Below are positions 17,901 to 26,291 of a DNA stretch of 32,000 nucleotides, one piece after another. The translations under genes and the position numbers were made by a program. This DNA is from Candidatus Omnitrophota bacterium (GTDB taxonomy: Bacteria; Omnitrophota; Gorgyraeia; Duberdicusellales; 4484-171). Where the stretch lies: assembly GCA_021735045.1 (NCBI GenBank), contig JAIPHU010000008.1:16216-48215 (forward strand), in the 5' to 3' direction. The notes beneath the pieces were generated by a model. It was given only the letters and a program-made list of their open reading frames with translations, ran no database searches and had not been told where the DNA came from. Position 1 is the first letter of the stretch. Every line of letters begins with the position of its first letter.

Positions 17901-17987
17901 TGGTTAATTAGTTAATTAGTTAATTGGTTAATTGGTTAATTAGTTAATTTTTTACTCACCAATCACCAATTAACCACTCACCAATTA
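17901..17987. repeat. Six tandem TRGTTAAT octamers, a T6 run, then an opposing CACCAAT-rich arm (imperfect long hairpin)
   Basis: Octamers at 17901..17948 (TGG, TAG, TAG, TGG, TGG, TAG variants). The arm at 17954..17987 contains AATTAACCACTCACCAATTA. TGGTTAATTGGT can pair perfectly with ACCAATTAACCA. Confidence 0.9.
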
Positions 17988-19148
17988 TTATTTGCCCATT
18001 CCAACTCTTTGTGTAGCCTGAAAAACTTTACCTTCAGTTTGAATCGAAGGAGCTATAATAATTTCAACAAAATGCATCTCATCTAAATTTTTTGCCCCCA
18101 AAGAACCCATAGAAGTAGTTAAAGCCCCAATTAAATTCTGTGAGCCATCATCAACCACAGCCGGCCCAAAAAGAATTTGTTTTAAAGATCCCGATACACC
18201 AGTTTTAATTCTTGTACCTCTAGGTAAATTGCTATGAGAAGTTGCCATACCCCAATGATAACCGCCTCCGGGGGCTTCTTTGGCCCGGGTAAATGCAGAA
18301 CCAATCATAACCGCATCAGCACCTGAAGCAAAAGCTTTACAAACATCTCCCCCTTTGCTCATCCCGCCATCGGTGATAATCGGTACAAATTTGCCGGTTT
18401 TACGAAAATAAAAGTCTCTAGCTGCGGCACAATCAATAGTTGAGGTTACCTGAGGAACACCAATTCCTAAAACTCCTCGGGTTGTACACGCTGCTCCTGG
18501 CCCAACTCCAACTAAAATTCCTGCGCAACCAGTAGATAACAAGTCTAAGGTAACTTTATAGGTTACACAATTGCCAATAATTACCGGAATTGTTTTCTTA
18601 CTGCAAAACTTATATAAATCTAGAGGTTTATAGCTAGTTGCGATATGTTTTGCAGTTGTTACAGTCGACTGAACAACAAAACAATCAGCTCCAGCATCTT
18701 CTGCGATCTCACTAAATCTATCAGCATTTTGGGGGATACAACTTACTGCTGCATATCCTCCCGCCTTTTTAATTTCTTCTACTCTTTTGGCAATTAAGTT
18801 TTCTTTAATCTCTGCGGTATAAGCTTTTTGAATTAAAGAAGTGGCTGTCTCTGGATCAGCTTCTGAAATTTCCTTTAAAATTTCAGTAGGATTTTCATAA
18901 CGAGTTTGCACACCATCTAAATTTAGAACAGCAATCCCGCCTAATTTTGACATCTTTACGGCAAAATCAACCCCTACAACTCCATCCATAGCCGCAGCTA
19001 AAATTGGAACCGAAAATTTCTTATTACCTAATTTCCAAGAACAATCAACTTCTTCCGGATTTATCGTAACTTCTCCCGGAGCAAGCGCAACTTCATCAAA
19101 TCCATAACAACGTCTAGCCCTTCTGCCTATACCAACCCATTCTGCCAT
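17988..19148 (-). CDS. IMP dehydrogenase-family protein without a CBS insert (GuaB3-like)
   Basis: 386 aa. N-terminus IGRRARRCYGFDEVALAPG, active-site-like loop GVGPGAACTTR with the Cys retained, and no CBS pair. Its start overlaps the upstream gene by 22 nt. Confidence 0.75.
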   Translation of the reverse strand: MAEWVGIGRRARRCYGFDEVALAPGEVTINPEEVDCSWKLGNKKFSVPILAAAMDGVVGVDFAVKMSKLGGIAVLNLDGVQTRYENPTEILKEISEADPETATSLIQKAYTAEIKENLIAKRVEEIKKAGGYAAVSCIPQNADRFSEIAEDAGADCFVVQSTVTTAKHIATSYKPLDLYKFCSKKTIPVIIGNCVTYKVTLDLLSTGCAGILVGVGPGAACTTRGVLGIGVPQVTSTIDCAAARDFYFRKTGKFVPIITDGGMSKGGDVCKAFASGADAVMIGSAFTRAKEAPGGGYHWGMATSHSNLPRGTRIKTGVSGSLKQILFGPAVVDDGSQNLIGALTTSMGSLGAKNLDEMHFVEIIIAPSIQTEGKVFQATQRVGMGK

Positions 19149-20158
19149 AGTTTACCCTCCTTATCAGATATATCCTGTATTTCTTGCTTGATCAAATCTT
19201 TTTGATCTCTTAACTCAAACTCAGAAACTTCAGAACCTAAAAAATATTTAGCTAAAGCAATACCCTCTTCTTTGGCTCTTAAGCTGTTGTCTCTATAACA
19301 TTTTTGATCTTTTATTTTTAAGCTACCAGCATCACCAATTATATAAATCTGGCCATACTTTGTAAGAAAACTTTTCTTCTCTAAGTTAGTTTCCAGCTCA
19401 CCTAAAAATTTAAGGTTAGGTTTTAGGCTACTGTCGATAAATACTAGCTGCGAAGAAAATACTTTCATCGAAGAATCAGCTTGATCTTCTAAAAAACTAT
19501 CCTCTGAATTTTTTACAATCTTTACCGCTTTAACATTTTTTTCTCCGATAACTTCTTTTAAGTGATAACCTAAATAAAGTATAACTCCTTTTTTTTCTAA
19601 AATATTCACTATTTTGTCTTGAGCTTGGCCTAAAAACTCTAAACTAGGGGCTATTACCCTTACTTCTTTTTTCAAAGAATTAAGAAGCAAACTGAACTTT
19701 ATTCCCTCTAAAGAACTCACTGATAAAACAGCTTCATCATGAATTTGCAAAAGAACCTTTAGCAAAAAAGGATTAATCTCTGAAAGATAAAAAAAACCCT
19801 CTTTTTTTGTACCTTTTATATCTACTTTTTCATTTGAAACGCCGGAAGCTACTATTAGATTTTCAAACTCTAACTCTTTAGAGTCATCCAGATATATCTT
19901 CTTACGTTTCTCACTTATTTTTTTCACTTCAGCACAGATAAAATCAGCCCCTACCTCTTTGGCTAATTGCTCGTTTTTTCTTACCTGGTTTAAATCAACC
20001 GGATCTTTGCTGGTTTGGTTTTTAGGAAAATAAAAGTTATTCTTATCAATTAAACTTATATCTATCTTTTGCTTACCTCTTTTGATCGTCCTAAGAAAAG
20101 AACTGCCAGCAACACCTGCACCAATAACTGTTAACTTGTTTATCTCAGTGTTCATCAA
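19127..20158 (-). CDS. FAD-dependent pyridine-nucleotide-disulfide-oxidoreductase-like flavoprotein with a degenerate second dinucleotide site
   Basis: 343 aa. N-terminal Rossmann VIGAGVAGSSF and a C-terminal IYIIGDAG FAD motif. The expected second GxGxxG reads SVSSLEG. Overlaps metF by 14 nt and the GuaB3-like gene by 22 nt. Confidence 0.6.
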   Translation of the reverse strand: MMNTEINKLTVIGAGVAGSSFLRTIKRGKQKIDISLIDKNNFYFPKNQTSKDPVDLNQVRKNEQLAKEVGADFICAEVKKISEKRKKIYLDDSKELEFENLIVASGVSNEKVDIKGTKKEGFFYLSEINPFLLKVLLQIHDEAVLSVSSLEGIKFSLLLNSLKKEVRVIAPSLEFLGQAQDKIVNILEKKGVILYLGYHLKEVIGEKNVKAVKIVKNSEDSFLEDQADSSMKVFSSQLVFIDSSLKPNLKFLGELETNLEKKSFLTKYGQIYIIGDAGSLKIKDQKCYRDNSLRAKEEGIALAKYFLGSEVSEFELRDQKDLIKQEIQDISDKEGKLWQNGLV

Positions 20159-21005
20159 CCAAAATTTGACCTAGTTCATCAAACCAACCAAAAGGCATAA
20201 AATGAGCCCCTTGACACAAACTTTTTAAGTTAGTTAAAATGTTTTTTGCAATTCGAACAGATTCCTTGCGTCTTGAACCAGTCTTTTTCATTTTTTCAAT
20301 ATAAACAGAAGGAACCTCTACCCCAGGAATATTATCATTTAAATAACGAGCCATTTTTTCACTTTTCAATAAAGTTATTCCAGCAATTACCGGCAGCGGG
20401 GGTTTATATTTATCTAAAAAGTTCTTAAATCGTTCAACTTCAAAAATAGGTTGAGTTTGAAAAAAAGAAGCTCCGGCTTTTATTTTTGCATCCATTTTCT
20501 TAAGCTCTTTATCTAAATTGGGAGAAAATGGATTTAGGGCCGCTCCACTATAAAAACTAGTCTTTCCTTCTATTTTATTATCGGCCCAATCAACACCTGA
20601 ATTTAACTTATTAGCTAACTGGATTAACCCAATAGAATCAAATTCAAACACACTTTTTGCTTTAGGATGATCTCCCCAGCTAGGATCATCGCCGGTAAGT
20701 AACAGTAAGTTTTTAACCCCAAAAGAAAAAGCTGCTAAAAGATCCCCTCCTAAGGCTAAAACATTACGATCCCGTGCAGTTAACTGCATAATTGGCTCAA
20801 GATTAATTTGTTTCAGCATTATACACAAAGCCCAAGAACTCATCCTCATTCGCGATGCCTGCATGTCGGTTACATTAAAAGCATCAACCTTAGCCTTTAC
20901 CTTTTCTAAATCAGACAATATCTTTTGGACAGATATTCCTTTAGGTGCCTCTATCTCTGCGGTAATAATAAACTGCTTTTTTTCGATTTTTTCTTTTAGC
21001 TGCAT
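20145..21005 (-). CDS. metF: 5,10-methylenetetrahydrofolate reductase
   Basis: 286 aa. Contains FIITAEIEAPKG...FNVTD...LTARDRN...LLLLTGDDP...FFQTQPIF, typical of short MetF proteins. Confidence 0.8.
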   Translation of the reverse strand: MQLKEKIEKKQFIITAEIEAPKGISVQKILSDLEKVKAKVDAFNVTDMQASRMRMSSWALCIMLKQINLEPIMQLTARDRNVLALGGDLLAAFSFGVKNLLLLTGDDPSWGDHPKAKSVFEFDSIGLIQLANKLNSGVDWADNKIEGKTSFYSGAALNPFSPNLDKELKKMDAKIKAGASFFQTQPIFEVERFKNFLDKYKPPLPVIAGITLLKSEKMARYLNDNIPGVEVPSVYIEKMKKTGSRRKESVRIAKNILTNLKSLCQGAHFMPFGWFDELGQILVDEH

Positions 21006-21835
21006 ATTTTTTTTGCTTTAAATAAATTCTTAAAAAGAAAAAGCGAAGTCAGCCTGCCTACCCCGGCAGGAACAGGGCTAACAAAAGCTGCCTTCTTTAT
21101 CGCTGGCTCAAAGTCTATATCACCTACAATTTTTGAATCTTTTTTTGATATACCTACATCAACTACAACAGCACCTTCCTTAATCCACTCTCCTTTTATA
21201 AAGTGTGGTTTCCCAACTGCAGAGATTAAAAGATCCGCATTTTTTATATAAAAAGGAAGCTTTTGTTTTTGATAAGTAGCGATATGGGTAACAGTTACAG
21301 TAGCAAATTTTTGGCCAAGCAAAAGAACTAACGGTTTGCCAATCAAGGTAGAAAAACCCACGACAGTAACATCTTTTCCGTATAAATCAACATTCAAAGA
21401 TTCAATCACTGCCAATACTGCTAAAACTGTAGGGGAGGTAAAAGTTAAACTATCATAAAACATTCTTCCTAGGTTATGAGGGCTAACCCCTTCTATATCT
21501 TTTACAGGTAAAATTGCAGCAAAAATTTCTTCTGGCTTCCAACCCTCGGGAAAAGGTTTATTAACAATTATCCCGTCTATATTTTTGTCCTGATTGAGTT
21601 CCTTTATCTTATTAGTTGCTTCCTGTTGCGATATCTTATCCGATAGCTGGTAAAGAGAGAAATCAACACCGACTTCTTTTGCGAGCCGCTTTTGGCTTTT
21701 GATATAAATTTCTGCATCCGGAGATTGGCCAAACTGTAGAGAAGCCAAAGAAACCGGAGGCAAAGCCTTACTTTTAGCAATTAATTCATTTTTTAACGAA
21801 CTGGCAATTTTTTCTATATCAATAATTTTTCCCAT
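20996..21835 (-). CDS. folD: Methylene-THF dehydrogenase / methenyl-THF cyclohydrolase family protein (divergent FolD)
   Basis: 279 aa and colinear with FolD: IYIKSQKRLAKEVG, KDIEGVSP, VVGFSTLIGKP, TVTH, VVVDVG, SPVPAGVGRLT. Several canonical motifs are altered. Confidence 0.8.
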   Translation of the reverse strand: MGKIIDIEKIASSLKNELIAKSKALPPVSLASLQFGQSPDAEIYIKSQKRLAKEVGVDFSLYQLSDKISQQEATNKIKELNQDKNIDGIIVNKPFPEGWKPEEIFAAILPVKDIEGVSPHNLGRMFYDSLTFTSPTVLAVLAVIESLNVDLYGKDVTVVGFSTLIGKPLVLLLGQKFATVTVTHIATYQKQKLPFYIKNADLLISAVGKPHFIKGEWIKEGAVVVDVGISKKDSKIVGDIDFEPAIKKAAFVSPVPAGVGRLTSLFLFKNLFKAKKICS

Positions 21836-21836
21836 T

Positions 21837-22388
21837 TTATTCCTTTTCCATTTTCTTAAATTTGTTTTTAAAATCTTTTAAATAGTTATCTTTCTTGCCA
21901 GAGATTTTATTATTTGCATCTAAATTATAAGTTGCACTCTTCATTGCAATTTTAATGAAATTAATACCTAAATTAAAATCACTTTTTATACCCTTTTTTA
22001 TATCAAAATCTAGCTCTTTGGCAAGTAAAAACACCTTATAAGATGACCTAGCAAGAGTTTTTAACAGATGATTTACTTTTTTTAAATATTTTTTCCTCTC
22101 TTTACCTTTGTTTTTTATCATCTTGGCAAAAAGTTGGCCATCCTGGTCAATATAAGGATAAATCTTTTTTTTAAGTTCTTTTACCTTGACTAATCTATTA
22201 TCTAACTTATTTTTTTTCAGCTTAGAAATATCTTTACTTTTAGTATGATTAATCGATTTAGCAACTAAAGAACAACCAAGACAAAAAGCCAAAGCACCAG
22301 CACTGCCTCCGCCAAGGCCAACTCCTTTTTTTTCTAAATCATCTAAGTAAGGCTTTATTTTGTTTCTATAATTTGTCACGGTAGTCAT
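21837..22388 (-). CDS. fchA: Cyclodeaminase/cyclohydrolase family protein (methenyl-THF cyclohydrolase FchA-like)
   Basis: 183 aa. GLGGGSAGALAFCLGCSLVAK matches the FTCD C-terminal / Fch family helix motif. Lies immediately upstream of folD. Confidence 0.7.
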   Translation of the reverse strand: MTTVTNYRNKIKPYLDDLEKKGVGLGGGSAGALAFCLGCSLVAKSINHTKSKDISKLKKNKLDNRLVKVKELKKKIYPYIDQDGQLFAKMIKNKGKERKKYLKKVNHLLKTLARSSYKVFLLAKELDFDIKKGIKSDFNLGINFIKIAMKSATYNLDANNKISGKKDNYLKDFKNKFKKMEKE

Positions 22389-22399
22389 ATTTTAAATTT

Positions 22400-22957
22400 T
22401 TATCTGTACAACAAAAAACTGCGTCGATGTAATGGCGAAAGTTTATACTTATCAATTAATAAATAATGCTCCTTGGTGGGATAACCCTTATGCTTGGAGA
22501 AGTTCCATTCTGGATAAATAAAATCTGCTATCTTCATCATATAGTCCCTTGTTACCTTGGCAACAATAGAAGCACAGGCCACCTGAGCTATTGTTTCATC
22601 GGCTTTTTTACAACACTTATATTTTATATCTAAGTTCGTCTTAAAACAATTACCGTCAACTATAAACTCAGCTTTTTTAAATTTAGAGTCTTTATCAATC
22701 AACTTAGTTATTGCTCTTTGAGCAGCTAGATAAGTTGCTCCCAAAATATTTAGCTTTTCTATTTCTTGATGGGAAGCATCACCAACCCCATAGTCACAAT
22801 TTTTTAATATCCAAGAAAAAATAAACTCTCGTCTTTGAACTGATAACCTCTTTGAATCTTTAATTGGATAAGGAAATTTATTTCGAAAAGCTAAGGCACA
22901 AACAACAACAGAACCTGCTAAGGGTCCTCTTCCTGCTTCATCAATTCCTACTATCAT
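22400..22957 (-). CDS. rnhB: Ribonuclease HII
   Basis: 185 aa. Contains GIDEAGRGPLAGSVV, DSKRLS and KGYPT. Confidence 0.9.
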   Translation of the reverse strand: MIVGIDEAGRGPLAGSVVVCALAFRNKFPYPIKDSKRLSVQRREFIFSWILKNCDYGVGDASHQEIEKLNILGATYLAAQRAITKLIDKDSKFKKAEFIVDGNCFKTNLDIKYKCCKKADETIAQVACASIVAKVTRDYMMKIADFIYPEWNFSKHKGYPTKEHYLLIDKYKLSPLHRRSFLLYR

Positions 22958-22958
22958 C

Positions 22959-23025
22959 TGGTTAATTGGTTAATTGGTTAAATGGTTAATTAACCACTCA
23001 CCAATTAACTACTCACAAATTAACT
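22959..23025. repeat. Four tandem TGGTTAAT octamers running into the palindrome GGTTAATTAACC and an opposing arm
   Basis: Octamers at 22959..22990. The exact 20-mer AATTAACCACTCACCAATTA at 22988..23007 is identical to 17968..17987. Confidence 0.9.
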
Positions 23026-23029
23026 ATTT

Positions 23030-23377
23030 TTAGGCGTTAGTTGCTTTTCGGCCAACTCTTCCCCTTAAATAATAAAGTTTACTTCTCCGTGGCTGTCTTT
23101 TACTTTTCTTAATTAATTCAATTTTTTCAATCTTAGGTGAATAGTAAGGGAATGTAACTTCATAAGCTTGGCCATAAGCAATTCTTCTTACAGTAAAAGA
23201 CTTTCTCTGCATCTGGCCTTGAGACTTAATCACTACTCCTTCAACAGGATGTAGGCGAGTCTTTCCCTTTTCAACTATCTTATAAAATACTTTAATCATA
23301 TCGCCTTGACTAAACTCCGGATAATCTTTTTTATAAGATTCTTTTAATTCTTTCTCAATATCATTAAGTTTCCCCAT
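23030..23377 (-). CDS. rplS: 50S ribosomal protein L19
   Basis: 115 aa. Contains FSQGDMIKV...RLHPVEGVVI...FTVRRIAYGQAYEVTFPYYSP. GGGGGA lies upstream of the ATG. Confidence 0.93.
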   Translation of the reverse strand: MGKLNDIEKELKESYKKDYPEFSQGDMIKVFYKIVEKGKTRLHPVEGVVIKSQGQMQRKSFTVRRIAYGQAYEVTFPYYSPKIEKIELIKKSKRQPRRSKLYYLRGRVGRKATNA

Positions 23378-23391
23378 GGTTCCCCCTTTAT

Positions 23392-23530
23392 TTGTTAATT
23401 AGTTAACATCTACAAATTTACAAAAAAATCATCGAATGTACGAATCAACTACGAATGTACGAATATTTGAATGCTATTGGTATATTCGTATGAGATTAGT
23501 ATATTCGTTGATGATTATCTATATTCGGTG
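23392..23530. repeat. Second copy of the composite octamer + CGAAT/ATTCG palindromic repeat
   Basis: Shares TTAATTAGTTAA, ATTTACAAA, ATCATCGAAT, TACGAAT, ATTAGTATA and ATTCGTTGAT with 16252..16355. TATATTCG occurs at 23481, 23500 and 23520. Confidence 0.85.
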
Positions 23531-23531
23531 A

Positions 23532-24218
23532 TTATCTTAATAAATCCGGCCTTTGTTTTTTAGTAATTCTACCAGCTTCTTTCTTCCTCCACTCTTTTAT
23601 TTTCTGATGGTTGCCTGACAGTAAAATTTCAGGAACTTTCAATCCCCTAAAATTATCCGGCCTTGTATAATGGGGAAAATCTAATTTGTTATTTTGGAAA
23701 CTTTCCTGTTCAACCGACTTTCTGTCTGAAACTACACCAGGTATAAGCCGAATTAAACTATCACAAAAAACCATAGCCGGAAGCTCTCCTCCACTTAATA
23801 CGTAATCACCAATAGAAATTTCTTCATCGGCCAAATACTCATGTACTCTTTGGTCTATTCCTTCATAACGGGGTACGATTAACACTAATCTTTGCTGATT
23901 TAAAAACTCTTTTACCTTATCCTGAGTTAAAGTTTTTCCTTTCGGAGTAAACAATATTTTTTTTTCTTTTCCTCTGCTTTGATCCTCTTGATTACCTAAA
24001 ATAGTTTCAACCGCTTTCCAAACTGGCCCAGCCTGAAAAACCATTCCTCCGCCGCCATAGGCAGGTGCATCTATTCGTTTATTTGGGTCATCAGAATAAT
24101 CTCTTAAATTATAAATATTAATCTTAACTAAACCTTTATCTTGGGCTCTTTTTATAATTGATTCACCCAAAACAGGTTGAAACATTTCCGGAAAAATTGT
24201 GATAATATCAATAATCAT
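23532..24218 (-). CDS. trmD: tRNA (guanine37-N1)-methyltransferase
   Basis: 228 aa. Contains IDIITIFPEMF, YGGGGMV, RYEGIDQRV, IGDYVLSGGELPAMV and SGNHQKI. Confidence 0.93.
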   Translation of the reverse strand: MIIDIITIFPEMFQPVLGESIIKRAQDKGLVKINIYNLRDYSDDPNKRIDAPAYGGGGMVFQAGPVWKAVETILGNQEDQSRGKEKKILFTPKGKTLTQDKVKEFLNQQRLVLIVPRYEGIDQRVHEYLADEEISIGDYVLSGGELPAMVFCDSLIRLIPGVVSDRKSVEQESFQNNKLDFPHYTRPDNFRGLKVPEILLSGNHQKIKEWRKKEAGRITKKQRPDLLR

Positions 24219-24224
24219 GCTTAT

Positions 24225-24312
24225 ACGTGCTACGTTTTATGTTCTACGTTCTACGTTTATATTTATTTTTTTAATCGCATTAAGCATTCTATGTCGAACG
24301 TGGAACAAAACG
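24225..24312. repeat. Long imperfect hairpin built from TACGTTY direct repeats facing GAACGT motifs
   Basis: 24233..24254 pairs with 24293..24312 at about 19 of 20 positions with a 2-nt bulge, leaving a ~38-nt AT-rich loop. TACGTT occurs at 24231, 24245 and 24252. Confidence 0.8.
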
Positions 24313-25455
<1,143 letters not shown>

Positions 25456-25513
25456 TTAAAGTTAAATAACCCCTGAAATTATTAGGGTTTTAGCTGCTTG
25501 ATATAGTAAGCTA

Positions 25514-25541
25514 ATTATAGCATAGTTTAAAAGATACACAA
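25514..25541 (-). promoter_or_regulatory. Candidate sigma70-type promoter for tgt (TTGTGT-16-TGCTATAAT)
   Basis: On the minus strand the extended -10 TGCTATAAT lies at 25522..25514 and the -35-like TTGTGT at 25541..25536. It sits about 80 nt upstream of the tgt ATG. Confidence 0.4.
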
Positions 25542-25598
25542 ATCCCTAGTCTAGAAAACAAAAAGCAATAAAAACCATCTTTATTCTAATTGGATTTA

Positions 25599-26291
25599 TT
25601 ATCTTCTTGGGTAAGATGAAGATGACGAAAAAGAATCTATTTCGCTTTTTTGATATTTAAGTTTTTCGGTCTCTTTGTCCTGAGATAAAAAACCTGCCAA
25701 TGTAAGCTCTGTGTTTAGAAATTGCGAAGAACTAGAAGTTCGTTCTAATTTAAAACGATAAACCATCGTCAAAACATCAGCATTGGAAATACGCTCAAAA
25801 ATATTAAGCAAAACATTATAAGTAGCTTTTAACTCAACTTGAAAGGGGGCTATTTTAACTTTTTCTTTGCCAACTTCAATAGTTTTTTCTTCATTTTTCT
25901 GAGTTTGTTGATTTTGGCTAGAATTTTTTTTAGTATCTTTTGTTTTACTTTCAACACCGTATAAAACTTGTCCCCTTGCTCCCTCTTCTCTAATAATAGC
26001 ACCTACCTCTCTCATCGCTCTTAAAGGGACCAAAGTCCTTCCCAAAGGAACTTTTTTATTAAAATTATCAATTTTTTTAAATAGCTTTTCTTTATAAAAA
26101 TCTTTAATATTTTTTTTATATTTTACTAATTGATTTTGTTTTTCTAAATAAGAACCAACTTTAACTTTTAAACCTTGAGTTTCTTTAAATAGATAGATAG
26201 CTGTTGCTGATAATCCTAGCAACACCACAATTAATAAAATAAAAATTGCTTTAAAATCCTTCATATACTTCCTCTTTGATTGTAGCTTCAA
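25599..26291 (-). CDS. PilO/GspM-like bitopic membrane protein (hypothetical)
   Basis: 230 aa. One N-terminal TM helix (IFILLIVVLLGLSATAIYLF), a coiled-coil-like stretch, and a position directly after the PilM-PilN gene. No diagnostic motif. The start is more likely the internal ATG at 26264. Confidence 0.4.
   Translation of the reverse strand: MKLQSKRKYMKDFKAIFILLIVVLLGLSATAIYLFKETQGLKVKVGSYLEKQNQLVKYKKNIKDFYKEKLFKKIDNFNKKVPLGRTLVPLRAMREVGAIIREEGARGQVLYGVESKTKDTKKNSSQNQQTQKNEEKTIEVGKEKVKIAPFQVELKATYNVLLNIFERISNADVLTMVYRFKLERTSSSSQFLNTELTLAGFLSQDKETEKLKYQKSEIDSFSSSSSYPRR

Noticed and set aside
17901-17948. Possibility that the tandem octamer arrays are a CRISPR array or degenerate CRISPR remnant
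   Set aside because: The period is only 8 bp with no spacers, there are only 2-6 copies, and no cas genes are present. These are simple tandem repeats, not CRISPR.
20246-20428. Plus-strand ORF of 60 aa inside metF
   Set aside because: Antisense shadow ORF with no support.
26251-26291. 41-nt overlap between the PilM-PilN gene and the PilO-like gene as possible programmed coupling or frameshift
   Set aside because: It is more simply explained by using the internal ATG at 26264 (MKDFKAIF...), which lies directly before the TM helix and reduces the overlap to 14 nt.
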